Below are positions 36,701 through 48,660 of a stretch of DNA of 64,000 bases, piece by piece. The stretch is from Mizuhopecten yessoensis (lineage: Eukaryota), in the NCBI RefSeq assembly GCF_002113885.1, contig NW_018408880.1, positions 1,666,966 to 1,730,965 on the forward strand, in the 5' to 3' direction. Under the pieces are notes generated by a model, which made no database searches, was not told the DNA's origin, and saw nothing but the letters and a program-made list of their open reading frames with translations. Position numbers and translations under genes: made by a program. Positions within the stretch are counted from its first letter, which is position 1. Each line of letters opens with the position of its first letter.

Positions 36701-39700
36701 TGTATCTCTATGTATCTCTATTGTGTCTCCACACATTGCCTTATACATGTATCTCTATTGTGTCTCCACACAATGCCTCACACATGTATCTCTATTGTGT
36801 CTCCACACACTGCCTTATACATGTATCTCTATAGTGTCCCCTCGCACTGCCTCATACAGTATCTCTATTGTGTCTCCTTGCACTGCCTTATACATGTGTC
36901 TCTATAGTGTCTCCTCGCCCTGCCTTATACATGTATCTCTATTGTGTCTCACCACACTGCCTTATGCATGTATCTCTATAGTGTCTCCACACGCTGCCTC
37001 ATACAGTATCTCTATTGTGTCTCCTTGCACTGCCTTATACATGTGTCTCTATAGTGTCTCCTCCCACTGCCTTATACATGTATCTCTATAGTGTCTTCTA
37101 TTGTGTCTCCACACAATGCCTCACACATGTATCTCTATTGTGTCTCCACACACTGCCTCATTCAGTATCTCTATTGTGTCTCCTCACACTGCCTTATACA
37201 TGTATTTCTATAGTGTCTCCACACACTGCCTCATACAGTATCTCTGCCTTATACATGTATCTCTATTGTGTCTCCACCCCCTGCCTCATACAGTATCTCT
37301 ATTGTGTCTCCTCCCACTGCCTTATACATGTATCTCTATAGTGTCTCCACACACTATACTGTATATCTCCTATCTAAGAACCTTGCTGATACTGTATATC
37401 TCTATTGTGTCTCCTCACACTGCCTTATACATGTAGCTCTATAGTGTCTCCTCACACTGCCTTATACATGTATCTCTGTTGTGTCTCCTCGCACTGCCTC
37501 ATACATGTATCTCGATAGTGTCTCCTCACACTGCCTTATACATGTATCTCTTTAGTGTCTCCACACACTGCCTTAAACAGGATCTCTATTGTGTCTCCTC
37601 GCACTGCCTTATACATGCATCTCTATTGTGTCTCCTCGCACTGCCTTATAGTATCTCTATTGTGTCTCCACACACTGCCTCATACAGTATCTCTGCCTTA
37701 TACATGTATCTCTATTGTGTCTCCACACAATGCCTCACACATGTATCTCTATTGTGTCTCCACACACTGCCTCATTCAGTATCTCTATTGTGTCTCCTCA
37801 CACTGCCTTATACATGTATTTCTATAGTGTCTCCACACACTGCCTCATACAGTATCTCTGCCTTATACATGTATCTCTATTGTGTCTCATCACACTGCCT
37901 TATGCATGTATCTCTATAGTGTCTCCACACGCTGCCTCATACAGTATCTCTATTGTGTCTCCTCCCACTGCCTTATACATGTGTCTCTATAGTGTCTCCT
38001 CCCACTGCCTTACACATGTATCTCTATTGTGTCTCCTCCCACTGCCTTATACATGTATCTCTATTGTGTCTCCTCGCACTGCCTTATACATGTATCTCTA
38101 TTGTGTATCCTTGCACTGTCTTATACATGTATCTCTATTGTGTCTCCTCACACTGCCTTATACATGTATCTCTGTTGTGTCTCCTCGCACTGCCTCATAC
38201 ATGTATCTCTATTGTGTCTCCTCGCACTGCCTCATACATGTATCTCTATTGTGTCTCCTCGCACTGCCATAAACATGTATCTCTATTGTGTCTCCTCGCA
38301 CTGCCTCATACATGTATCTCTATTGTGTCGCCTCGCACTGCCTTATACATGTATCTCTATTGCGTATCCTTGCACTGTCTTATACATGTATCTCTATTGT
38401 TTCTCCTCACACTGCCTTATACATGTATCTCTATAGTGTCTCCACACACTGCCTCATACAGTATCTCTATTGTGTCTCCTCACACTGCCTTATACATGTA
38501 TCTGTAGCTATTGTGTTTCATCTCACTGCCTCATACATGTATCTCTATTGTGTCTCCTCGCACTGCCTTATACATGTATCTCTATTGTGTCTCCACACAA
38601 TGCCTCACACATGTATCTCTATTGTGTCTCCACACACTGCCTTATACATGTGTCTCTATTGTGTCTCCTTACACTGCCTCATACAGGTATCTCTATTGTG
38701 TCTCCTCACACTGCCTTATACATGTATCTCTACTGTGTCTCCACACACTGCCTTATACATGTATTTCTATTGTGTCTCCACACACTGCCTTATACACGTA
38801 TCTCTATTGTGTCTCCTCACACTGCCTTATACATGTGTCTCTATTGTGTATCCTTACACTGCCTCATACAGGTATCTCTATTGTGTCTGCTCACACTGCC
38901 TTATACATGTATCTCTATAGTGTCCTGCCTTATACATGTATCTCTATTGTGTCTCCTCACACTGCCTTATACATTTATCTCTATTATGTCTCCACACACT
39001 GCCTTATACATGTATCTATATTGTGTCTCCACACACTGCCTTATACATGAATCTCTATTGTGTCTCCACACACTGCCTTATATATGTATCTCTATTGTGT
39101 CTCCTCACACTGCCTTATACATTTATCTCTATTATGTCTCCACACACTGCCTTATACATGTATCTCTCTTGTGTCTCCCCACACTGCCTTATACATGTAT
39201 CTCTATTGTGACTCCACACACTGCCTTATACATGTATCTCTATTGTGTCTCCTCGCACTGCCTCATACAGTATCTCTATTGTGTGTCCTCACACTGCCTT
39301 ATACATGTATCTCTATTGTGTCTCCTTGCACTGCCTTATACATGTATCTCTTTTGTGTCTTCTTGCACTGCCTTATACATGTATCTCTTTTGTGTCTCCT
39401 CGTATATGCCTTTATCCTTACTCTGGATATTCCCGGTTAGTATTAATGTGTGTCATGAAATAATAAATCAAAACATAATTATCAATAGCCATATTTCATC
39501 AATTGTATATATATCCATTATTTAGAGGTTGAGCGATGTATGAGTAATTATGTATGTTTAATTATTATATAGGTTTATTTGTCCACGACAAGAAATAAAT
39601 ATATCCTTAACTGGAAAGGCATGGAGTGTTTTTATTGAGAACCTACGTTACATCTACATACTGTGCAAATATTAATTTTCTGATGCAGCATGCTGATGCG

Positions 39701-42700
39701 AAAATAACAGCAGGCAAAGTGAAAGTAGTATACAATTTGATGTCCTTTGTAAAGAATTCTGTCATGGATATCAAACTCCATAACAAATTATGTCAAATAT
39801 AATCAAACTAATATCTCCAGAATCTCCCTTTATGATGGTGTAGTCCACCTGTATTTTGACAGAGTGGAAATGACTCTGTGGCTGCTGAAATCAAAGCTGC
39901 TGGAGGCGAGGCACATCCTTACGTCTGCGACCTCTGTAAGACAGATGACATCAAGACAGTAGCGGCCTCGGTAAAGAGCAATGTAGGCAATGTAGATATC
40001 CTTGTCAACAATGCTGGAATTTTATATGGAGGAGAGATGCTCAAAATGAGAGAAGAACACATTCGCAGGACATTTGAAGTCAACACTCTGTCTCATTTCT
40101 GGGTAATAAAGTTTTTCTATTAACGTACATAGGTTGCATTGCTTGAGTGGATTTTGTGGAGAGTGTACACCCTTCTTCTCTTGCATGGAGCAGTTGGTCC
40201 CTCACAGTGTCCATCAAATTTGTTTAAACAGTATAGTAATAAAGGGCTGATAACACTGTAGTCTCCAGTCATGTGTGCGTGTCATATTGATAACATCATC
40301 ATTTTTAGCATTGTGAGCTTATGCCATACCACAGCGTCCATCGTCCGTACGTCGTCCATCCATTGTCCGTCCGTCAACTTTTCCTTTAAAACGCTACTAG
40401 TCCTGAACGGCCAAGCACATTTTGACTAAATTTGATCTGGAGCATCCTTAGGCAAAGGGGACTCAGTTTTGCATAAACAGTGAGTGTGACCCCCCTGGGG
40501 GTAGAGAGACAGGGCCGATTATTGGAAATAGAGGTAAAACCTTTAAAATCCTTCTTCTACCATAGAGATTAAGGGATTTCATCCAAATTAAGTCTGGAGC
40601 ATCATTGGGCAAAGGGGACTGAATTTTGTAATAACGGTTGGTGTGGCCCCCCCTGGGGGCAGAGGGGCGGGGCCAAATAGGGGAAATAGAGGTAAAACCT
40701 TTAAAATCCTTCTTCTACAATACAGATTAAGGGATTTCAGCCTAATTTAGTCTGGAGCATCCTTGGGCCAAGGGGACCCAATTTTGTATAAACAGTTGGC
40801 CCCCCTGGGGGCAGAGGGGCGGGGCCGAATAGGGGAAATAAGAGCAAATTCTTCAAAATCCCTCTTCTTCTGTAGGTACGACAGGATTTTTTCCAAATTT
40901 GGTATGAAGCACCCTTTGGTGAAGGGGAACCAACATCGTATAAATGGTTGGCAGACCCCCTGGGGGCAGAGAGGCAGGGCCAAATAAGGGATATAGAGGA
41001 ATGGCTTTAATATCCTTCTTCTGTTGGGATGAAGGCATTTTGACCAAATTTGAACAGTAGCATCCTTTTCGGAAGGGAAATCAAGTTTGTATTCATGGTG
41101 GGTTTGAAGCCCCTGGGGCCTAAGGGGCAGGGCCCAATAGAGGAAACATAGCAAAATCTTCAAATCCCTTCTCCTTCTGTAGGAATGACAGGATTTGATT
41201 ACGGTAAATTTCGGACGAAGCATCCTTGGGTGAAGGGGAACCAATTTTGTATAAATGGTGAGTTTAACCCCCCTTGGGGTTGAGAGGCGGGACCCAATAA
41301 GGGATATAGAGTTATAGCTTTAATATACTTCTTCTTCTTTTGGGATGAAGGTATTTTGACCAAATTTGAACAGTAGCATCCTAATTGGAAGGGAAATCAA
41401 TTTTGTATCCATGGTGGGTTTGAACCCCCTTGGACCTGAGGGGCAGGGCCCAATAGAGGAAACATAGCAAAATCTTCAAAATCCTTCTTCTTCTTATAAC
41501 AGGATTTTGATTAAATTTGGGATGAAGCACCCTTGGATGAAGGGGAACCAATTTTGTATTTAGATAGAAAAACAGCTTTAAAATCCTTCTTCTTCTGTAG
41601 GAATGATAGGATTTTGTCCATATTTGGTCTTAAGCATCCTTGGGTGAAGGGTCCTAATTTTGTATCAACGATTGGTCTATCCCCCCTGGGGGCAGAGGGG
41701 CGGGGCCCAGTAGGGGAAACATACCAAATTCTTTGAAATCATCCTTTCACTTTATGAATGACAGGATTATGTCCAATTGCATATAAATATAACCCCTAAC
41801 TAACATGTAATACATGTCCACTTCCAGTAACATCTGGCTATTCTTACTTCAATTTTGCTAACATTTCCAGGTCAGCAATACAGGCCCTCTGTGCCTCTTG
41901 TTTAGCTCTGCCTACAGTTTGGTCCAAGTGCATTACTTTATCATGAAATATTTCTGCGCCATCTGAACTGTTTCAACCGGGATATGCGAATGCTGCCTAA
42001 GATCAATATGTCACACATATATTTGTATATTGTTCTTATTTCATAGAAACTTTCAGAAACATTAAAAATAACTGCCTATCTCAACTCTAAAAACATTCTT
42101 GTTGTTATACTTAACAGATGTATAATTTTGTTTGGCCTCAGTGATCAGTTCACGTGTCTTTTTGTATTCATTTTAAGGTCTGAATCTGTTTTGACATGTT
42201 ACTGTACCATATTTGACCTAATAACCACTCCATCTGCCTCCGTCCCTTTTCTGGTCGGAGCATCCGGCCATCTCTTTACCCTAATTAATTTCAATTGCAC
42301 TTTACTTTAACAAAATGTATATTTTCAAAATTTTATAAACAGGATTTGGCAGTTTCTCTATTCGATACAATCTCTCAAATTGTTATGAGACCAGGGCACC
42401 ATTCAGGTTAAATACAGATTTTTTTTAAATTTATTTTACATGTTTTTTACATTTTTTTTATTTTTTTTTACAATAAAATTATTTTGTTTCATTTTATTTT
42501 CATTTTACACTAAAACGTTTTTGTTTCATTTTACATGTATTTTACTGTTTTTTATTTTATTTTACATGTATTTTACACTAAAATGTTTGTTTTGGTTTCA
42601 TTTTATGTATATTTTACATCAAAATGTGTGATTTAGTTCTCTTATTTTGATTTATTCAGACCACCAGAGAGTTTTTGCCAGCCATGATTAAGAAAAAAAA

Positions 42701-45334
42701 GGGTCACATTGTTACAACATCATCAATGTCTGCAAAGTCAGGCACTGCTCTTCTGGTCGACTACAGGTAATGGATGGTCCCCCGAAAAAATTATGATCTT
42801 CAAAATATTGAACATTATACATACTTGAATGTACATGATTTCCTGTAGCACATCAAACCCATGAATATTGAATTCATCATGGTTTTATGATATGAAGAGA
42901 GTGTAAAAATGTTTTGTGTCCATCACACATACTGTACATATTGTAGTGGGACTAGACTGGGTCGATCTCCACGACCAAGTAGCTCAATGGGTAGAGCATC
43001 CATCTAGAGTTTGGAGGGTCTTTGGTTTGAATACCAGTCTTTGCTGTGTATTTTTCCTCTCCAGTTACATTTGGTGTCCAACGAAATATACCCACAGAAG
43101 GTGGAATAGGGTCTCGTGTGTCTTGGGGGCCGAAGACTTTGTTAAAGGAGGGAGTAATGTAGAGGAACTAGACTGCAGGGTTGGTCACAGGCGACCAGGT
43201 AGCTGCATTAGTAGAGCATCAGTCTAGAGTTCTGAGGGACCTAGTCCGAATTATTCTGATGTTTTATCGACTTTTTTCATATCGGTCTGTCGTGACTATG
43301 AGGGACCTTGGTCGGAATCTTGATCTGGCTGTGCATTTTCCTCTCCCGTAACATCTTATTAAAGCACATTATTGTTGATTTATTGTAAAAGAAACCTGAC
43401 TGCGGTCAACGATGTAGTCAGTATTACTGTCGTCTTGGGGTTATACAGTGCTAGTCAAGGGGATTATTGTTTTTAAATATATAATTGATTTATTTCCATT
43501 ATGTTCTTATATAATTATAAGTGTTCAGTTCCATGATACCATGTTTGTGTGAGAATATATATATATAGAGTGGATTGTTCCAAAAATTTGAAAACCTGAT
43601 ATTTTCGACGCTGTTGCAATTACTCCCTCGCCCCATATATATTTACAAAAGTGTTAGCCTGAGTTTCCTCTGGCCCTGACACCAGACTCTGGCCCGGACA
43701 CCAGACTAAGACATTTTGACAGATATATGTCTTACACCAGACATCTATCTGTCAAAATGTTTAAGTCTGGTGTCAAGGCCAGAGGTAACTCAGGATAGGG
43801 AAGGGTGTACATTTAACTGTATTGTTAAGAATACCCTTTCAGCTCCTCTAAGTACGCTGCCTATGGGTTTGCGGAGGCTATGGAGGAGGAAATGGACAGA
43901 CTTGGTCACAGCTACATCAAGTTTACCACAGTGTGTCCAATGTTTGTAAGCAGTGGACTGGTCAAAGCTACTACCGATGTGTAAGTCAAGTAAAACGTTT
44001 TCTACTATTTGGCCAATGGTTGTTGACTGGTTTCATGAAATCAGGGACTAGTGTATAAGTTATGGTAGTTTTGTATTATACCATGCACGTATGACGAGAC
44101 GTCAAGGGTGTACGTATATTTAGGGATCTGCTCATTTGTACAGTCTTGTCCCAATTGCTTCACCTCTCTATATCTGCAGACTTCCTTTCTAACCCAATTG
44201 TCACAAAACCTCTTGTTCAAGTACATGTTTTGACCTTCTGCAGTCCAAATCTAGGTCATTGTTACTATAAATAGAATTTGATGAAATTCTTGACGTCGCT
44301 GCTCTACAGACGTCATTTCTTTTCTGATTGTCACAAAACTTCACACATGTGTTCACAAACATCACCTCCTGTATAAGTTTTCATTTTGATCTTCTGCAGT
44401 AAAAAATTTGCATAAATTTCTTAGAACTTTGAAGTGCGAAGGTAGTTGTATTGTCTGCGGTGCCTAATTTAATCTTGCTTGGCTTTTAGTCAGAATGTCA
44501 TTATACCATATACAAATGTATGTAAAATACTTCAATAATTTAGAAGGAGAATTTTCTATGGATGAGTACGAGTATAGGCTTTTTGATCTGTACACAACAT
44601 GAGTGGGGCTTGGTAGCTTTGACATGAGATGCATTCTTTGTTACAGAGATGAAAAAATGTTGACACCGAAAGAGGTTGCCTTGGCAACTGTAAATGGAAC
44701 TTTGATGAACAGGGCAGTTGTTACGATTCCAGACCATTTGGCATTCTCACTGCGAGTGGCAGCGTAAGTTTAGCCAGAATTACCTGGTGAAATTTTTAAA
44801 AGTTTAGACAATTTTGCAACAATAACACATGTACTAACCATATTTATATTGCAATAAGCGGAGGGGCCAATTTTAACATGTAATTTGAAGTAGGGGTGGG
44901 CGAGCTTATTACAAGAAAAAGCATTAACAATTAGTTAACGATTTTTTTGCATTTCTGTTGAACTGAATAAATATAAGGTTGGACTTATTTCCAGGCATGG
45001 GCTCATTGCAGAATGTGAGCTTGTATATCACCAGTGTGAGCTTGTATATCACCAGTGTGGGAGTATTTGCATGTATATAATACATCATACATTCACATAT
45101 ACAGATCTGTAACAAGCCTCGTGAGCTCCATCTGGAGGTCTAAGCTCTCACTTCTGATATATAAGCTCTTTTTGAGCTCTTTTATAGTCAATGTATGGAT
45201 TCGATGATTCAATGTTCCTGATATTGATTTTGATATCCTGTTGCAGGTGGTTTCCACGGAAACTAAATTTGTGGCTGAAGAAAGTGGGAAACCTAGGAAT
45301 TCAGCCACAGTACACCCCCTCAAAACAAGACTGA
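33555..45334 (+). CDS. Short-chain dehydrogenase/reductase, SDR16C family (epidermal retinol dehydrogenase 2 / 17-beta-HSD11/13-like), 6 exons, 303 aa
   Basis: join(33555-33776, 39863-40102, 42660-42766, 43843-43980, 44647-44763, 45247-45334). N-terminal hydrophobic anchor, [19 protein letters not shown], catalytic YSSSK. Phases are consistent and AATAAA follows at ~45405-45430. Confidence 0.93.
34169..34282 (+). mobile_element. tRNA-like element with TG...CA ends, probably a solo LTR of a related subfamily
   Basis: tgtagga...AGCTCAGTGGTAGAGC...GGTTCGAGCCC...ctactaca. No TSD seen. Confidence 0.55.
34300..34620 (-). mobile_element. 3' remnant of a CR1/L2-type LINE
   Basis: The peptide [24 protein letters not shown] matches the typical CR1/L2 ORF2 C-terminus. 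Confidence 0.7.
34625..39420. repeat. 37-bp minisatellite, ~4.8 kb (~130 units), in SDR intron 1
   Basis: Unit cactgccttatacatgtatctctattgtgtctcctcg. Confidence 0.97.
39863..40102 (+). CDS. SDR exon 2
   Basis: [10 protein letters not shown]...[10 protein letters not shown]...NTLSHFW|gtaata. Confidence 0.92.
40302..41902 (+). mobile_element. Non-autonomous Helentron/HINE (pearl-like) element carrying an internal ~155-160-bp satellite array
   Basis: 5' ttttagc..gtgagctt followed by a (GTCC)n microsatellite, ~9 internal units (agcatcc..ggg..aagggga), and a 3' caggtcagcaatacaggccctctgtgcctcttgtt hairpin end. Confidence 0.8.
42660..42766 (+). CDS. SDR exon 3
   Basis: [35 protein letters not shown]|gtaatg. 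Confidence 0.92.
42942..43353 (+). mobile_element. Miniature LTR retrotransposon with tRNA-like LTRs, second full copy
   Basis: LTR 42942-43069 (TGTAG...GTTACA), PBS-like TGGTGTCC at 43072, PPT aaaggagggagtaa, LTR 43158-43353 (with internal partial duplication). No clear TSD. Confidence 0.8.
43655..43797. mobile_element. Fold-back MITE
   Basis: tagcctgagtttcctctggccctgacaccagact... / ...agtctggtgtcaaggccagaggtaactcaggata. A related copy at ~31925-32386 is split by the LTR element. Confidence 0.75.
43843..43980 (+). CDS. SDR exon 4
   Basis: [16 protein letters not shown]...[12 protein letters not shown], donor gtaagt. Confidence 0.92.
44647..44763 (+). CDS. SDR exon 5
   Basis: [28 protein letters not shown]..., donor gtaagt. 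Confidence 0.88.
45247..45334 (+). CDS. SDR exon 6
   Basis: ttgcag|[28 protein letters not shown], in phase with exon 5. Confidence 0.75.
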
Positions 45335-45795
45335 ACTGTTTCCATGGAGATACATCTGTTTTTGTGATAGTTTTGGTAATAGCCGTAATTTTAAAATGTT
45401 TACAAATAAAATATACACATTTTTTAAATAAAGTTGATATTTTATGTTCTGAAAATTAACAAGTAATATAACAGACATAAGTTGTCAATTGTGATGTTAC
45501 AATAGACATAGACAGTGAAAAATTAAAAAAAATTGATGTCAGGATCTGCTAGAATATTAACTACATTTTCTTAAAGTTCTTCATTAAATTGGTACATGTG
45601 TTGTTTTGAACTCCTTTTTTGTGCTGCTGTCTTTCTGCGTTTCAAAAATATGACTTATGACTTTTCACGCATTTTCAGGAAAAAATATTTCCAATAATAA
45701 CAGTTTATTATTTTTGCTTGGCCTTTTTTAATTCTGACGCAACAAACCAGCACATGATATCTTCTTAGATTAATCGTTCGTGTTGGCCAGGATAG

Positions 45796-45926
45796 TAACG
45801 CAGTAGAACTGGACTGGGTCGGTCGCCGGCGACCTGGTAGCTCAATTGGTAGAGCGTCCGTCTAGAGTTTGGAGGGTCCTGGGTTCGAACCCTGGCCTGG
45901 CCGTGCATTTTCCCACTCCTATTACA
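45796..45926 (+). mobile_element. Solo LTR of the tRNA-LTR family with a well-preserved tRNA-like cloverleaf
   Basis: GACCTGG TAGCTCAATTGGTAGAGC GTCCGT CTAGAGT TTGGA GGGTC CTGGG TTCGAAC CCTGG CCTGGCC. Ends attaca. ATAG occurs on both flanks. Confidence 0.75.
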
Positions 45927-46356
45927 ATAGCATACAAGCTAGGGGGTCTTTATATACATGTAGGAAGGAAAACAGAACCTGATCAGGGATTACGATCCTG
46001 GCCGTCTTTCTGAAAGGCGAGTGTGTTATCCGGTGTGCCCCCACCATAATAGAACATACATTTGTATAAAGTAAAAATATCAGCATGTTTGAAAGTTGAC
46101 CATAAAGACAATTCAGAGGTCCTTATGTGATGAATGTGGCTTTTAAACACAATTCTGTTGTTCATATTTATTAAATTATATCACTTTATTTTGAGATCCG
46201 TGAAAAATTAATGATCATGTTATTCCCATGTATTATTATGACTATAAAATATGGTTTTTAGATACTGGATTACAAAACATTATCAGTGGGAGGGTCTTGC
46301 TCCTGTGCGATTGATAAACGACTTTCATATGTTTTGATCAATTATCAAAATCCCTG

Positions 46357-46594
46357 GGTCCAGTTGTTCAAAAGGTGATTCGCTTAATCAGTGATTAGCG
46401 TAAATTTTAATTTTTGTATGTCTTTAAGACACAACCACTGAATTAGTTACAACTTTCAAGATATCAAATATTTAGTAGAGTGAATTTACATGCACAATTG
46501 TGAGACTTTACCTTGTATATCGACAAAAGTATTAAAGGCTGAAAAACTGTTGTTAAACTGTGATTAAGCTAATCACCTTTTGAACATCTGGGCC
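46357..46594. mobile_element. PIF/Harbinger-type MITE
   Basis: CTG|ggtccagttgttcaaaaggtgattcgcttaatca ... tgattaagctaatcaccttttgaacatctgggcc|CTG. Confidence 0.85.
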
Positions 46595-47030
46595 CTGGTA
46601 TACAACTTGATAGCCCTTCATTCCAGCAATGAATCCTCCATCATAAAAATAGATCATCTCTGCACCCCTGGTATATATCATGACAAAATTGAAAGCTCTT
46701 TACACTAAACCTTGCGGATGATACAGCTCAACACATCTGACATCTTTGATGAAGATGAAAGGAATCATGCATCAGCATAACGGTAAAATCAAAAGGCTGT
46801 GAAGTGGGGTGTAGAATCTCTGTAATTGTTAAAGGACAAGTACTTATCAGCCTAGCGATTTGTCAGGCTTTTTACCTGAAATTAATCAAATAACTTTTTT
46901 ATGCCTTGATTTTGTCATGGCTTATTTCAGGGGTAAAGAGAAGAAAAGTGTATCCAGAGCAGAATCCTCGGATTTTGTGGATGTCTATCCTAGACATAGA
47001 CCTCTTTGTTCTTCAGAAGAAGATGTTTAA

Positions 47031-47113
47031 CCTTTTCACCACTGTAGACCATAATGGACTTATCCAGATCAATGCATGGTAGAGTCTACTAAAGTTACAT
47101 AGGGGTGAAATGG
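47031..47113. mobile_element. 83-bp piggyBac-type MITE, second copy in opposite orientation
   Basis: TTAA on both flanks. Reverse complement of 23818-23900. Confidence 0.85.
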
Positions 47114-47201
47114 TTAATGTCGTAACACAGATTCCTGTGATATTGAAAGTGGTACCCTTTAACACATTACCAAGGTCGAGCTCTTACTTGATAAAGTAGT
47201 T

Positions 47202-47365
47202 CAGACACGGCAAGACGATTTACCCAAAAAACACACAAAAACACCTCACCAATAGCGTTTAGCTGAAGAAATTATTTAAAATAAAATAGAATGGGTTTTT
47301 GGGTAGTTTTGGGTGTTTTGGGGTAGTTTTGGGTGTTTTGGGGTAAATCGTCGTGCCCGTTCCGA
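47202..47365. mobile_element. Short inverted-repeat element with a G/T-rich arm
   Basis: acggcaagacgatttacccaaaaaacac / gtgttttggggtaaatcgtcgtgcccgt. Confidence 0.55.
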
Positions 47366-48449
47366 CATGCCTGTTTCGTTTTGTCCCTCTCTTTTTAAAA
47401 ATATTTGGCTTGAGTAAGACTATTTCTACAAGCACGTGTGAACTTTATTTTAAAACACCTGTAATGTTCCGGCAGTTTACATGTGGGAAATTGAAGAGAA
47501 CGGGCATACTCTCCCTCATTAATAGGAGGGAGACTCTCATTTTCACCAAAATTTACCAATCTCCCTCGAAACTCCCTCATTCAAGTCCAAACTCACACAA
47601 ACTCAAAATCTATATTGTAGTTACTACAGGGTGTGTGTAATGATCATAACAGGTACCTGTGTCTTAATTAAATGAACGTAAATGAATGCGTTATTTTGAT
47701 ACATAAAAAGGGAAAGACAAATTGCACACCTATGTATGAGCAGCTGTACAATAAGAGAAGTGTCCTGTCTATTCAATGTCCCTATTACTAGACAGGTCAA
47801 GGTCACATTAATATTTTGTATTGATTTCAAGTTTCAATTTCAATTTTTGTCAAAGAAATGAACGGGAAATCCTCTAATTGGCTACATTTCTTCACCCAGA
47901 TATCACCATTGTCGTCGTCGTCATCATCGTCGTAATCATCAAAAAAGTGTGAATTCTGCAGACTGAATGTCAAAGGTCAAGGTCACAAGATGACTTAGTA
48001 ACCGTCGTTATTAACATCAAAACCTCTCAAAGCAACTAAAGGATTAAAAGACTACCTTTCATAATACAATGTCATATACATGTTGTTTATGAAAGATCAT
48101 CACTTAAGACATGATAAAGAAATAAAAAACATCATCTCCGACTTGTCGAATTCTTAAGACAAGGTCCCGTCTCTAACTTGTGACATTCTTTAGACTTGAG
48201 GTCAAGGTAACCAGGGACAGTAAGTTAACAAACTTAAGGTCATGGTTGTAGAATTTTCAGGAAACATTTTTATCTTCAAAAATGATAAACTCTTTTTTAT
48301 TATAATGATATTTTATTAACAGTTTAAGTACGGCCGAAAAGATGCATAGCTCGTATTGTATTCAATAAGTACCTATGATTTTATTGTATTGTCTTATATT
48401 TTTACTTGCATCCACACTGTTGGTTGCTCTGAAGAACATCGATAATCAC

Positions 48450-48660
48450 AGGGACCTGAGAATTTGTTACAGGTATATATGAACCTATACTGAAGTGTTC
48501 AGATTTATTAAACACACTTTGGGGATTTAGATCAATCAATCATATTGGTAAAAATGCTACCTAATGATGGTATTATAATAGATATAAACCCCTAAACGTG
48601 TAAAACTACTCTGCACATCAATTTAGGTTCAACTATACCTGTAACCGAATCCGGTTAAAA
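48450..48660. mobile_element. Degenerate copy of the 54-kb fold-back element
   Basis: cagggacctgagaatttg...ggtaaaaatgctacc...taaacccctaaacgtgtaaaact. Confidence 0.6.

Noticed and set aside
34390-39525. Many long Cys/His/Tyr-rich ORFs (up to 496 aa)
   Set aside because: They are translations of a 37-bp minisatellite in all three frames, inside SDR intron 1.
40747-41244. 165-aa ORF
   Set aside because: It lies within the satellite array of the Helentron-type element.
45830-45903. Functional tRNA gene
   Set aside because: It has acceptor and anticodon stem mismatches, a Ser-type triplet without a long variable arm, and it is embedded in a repeated LTR.
47293-47345. Telomere-like G/T repeats
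   Set aside because: They are not TTAGGG and form one arm of a small inverted-repeat element.
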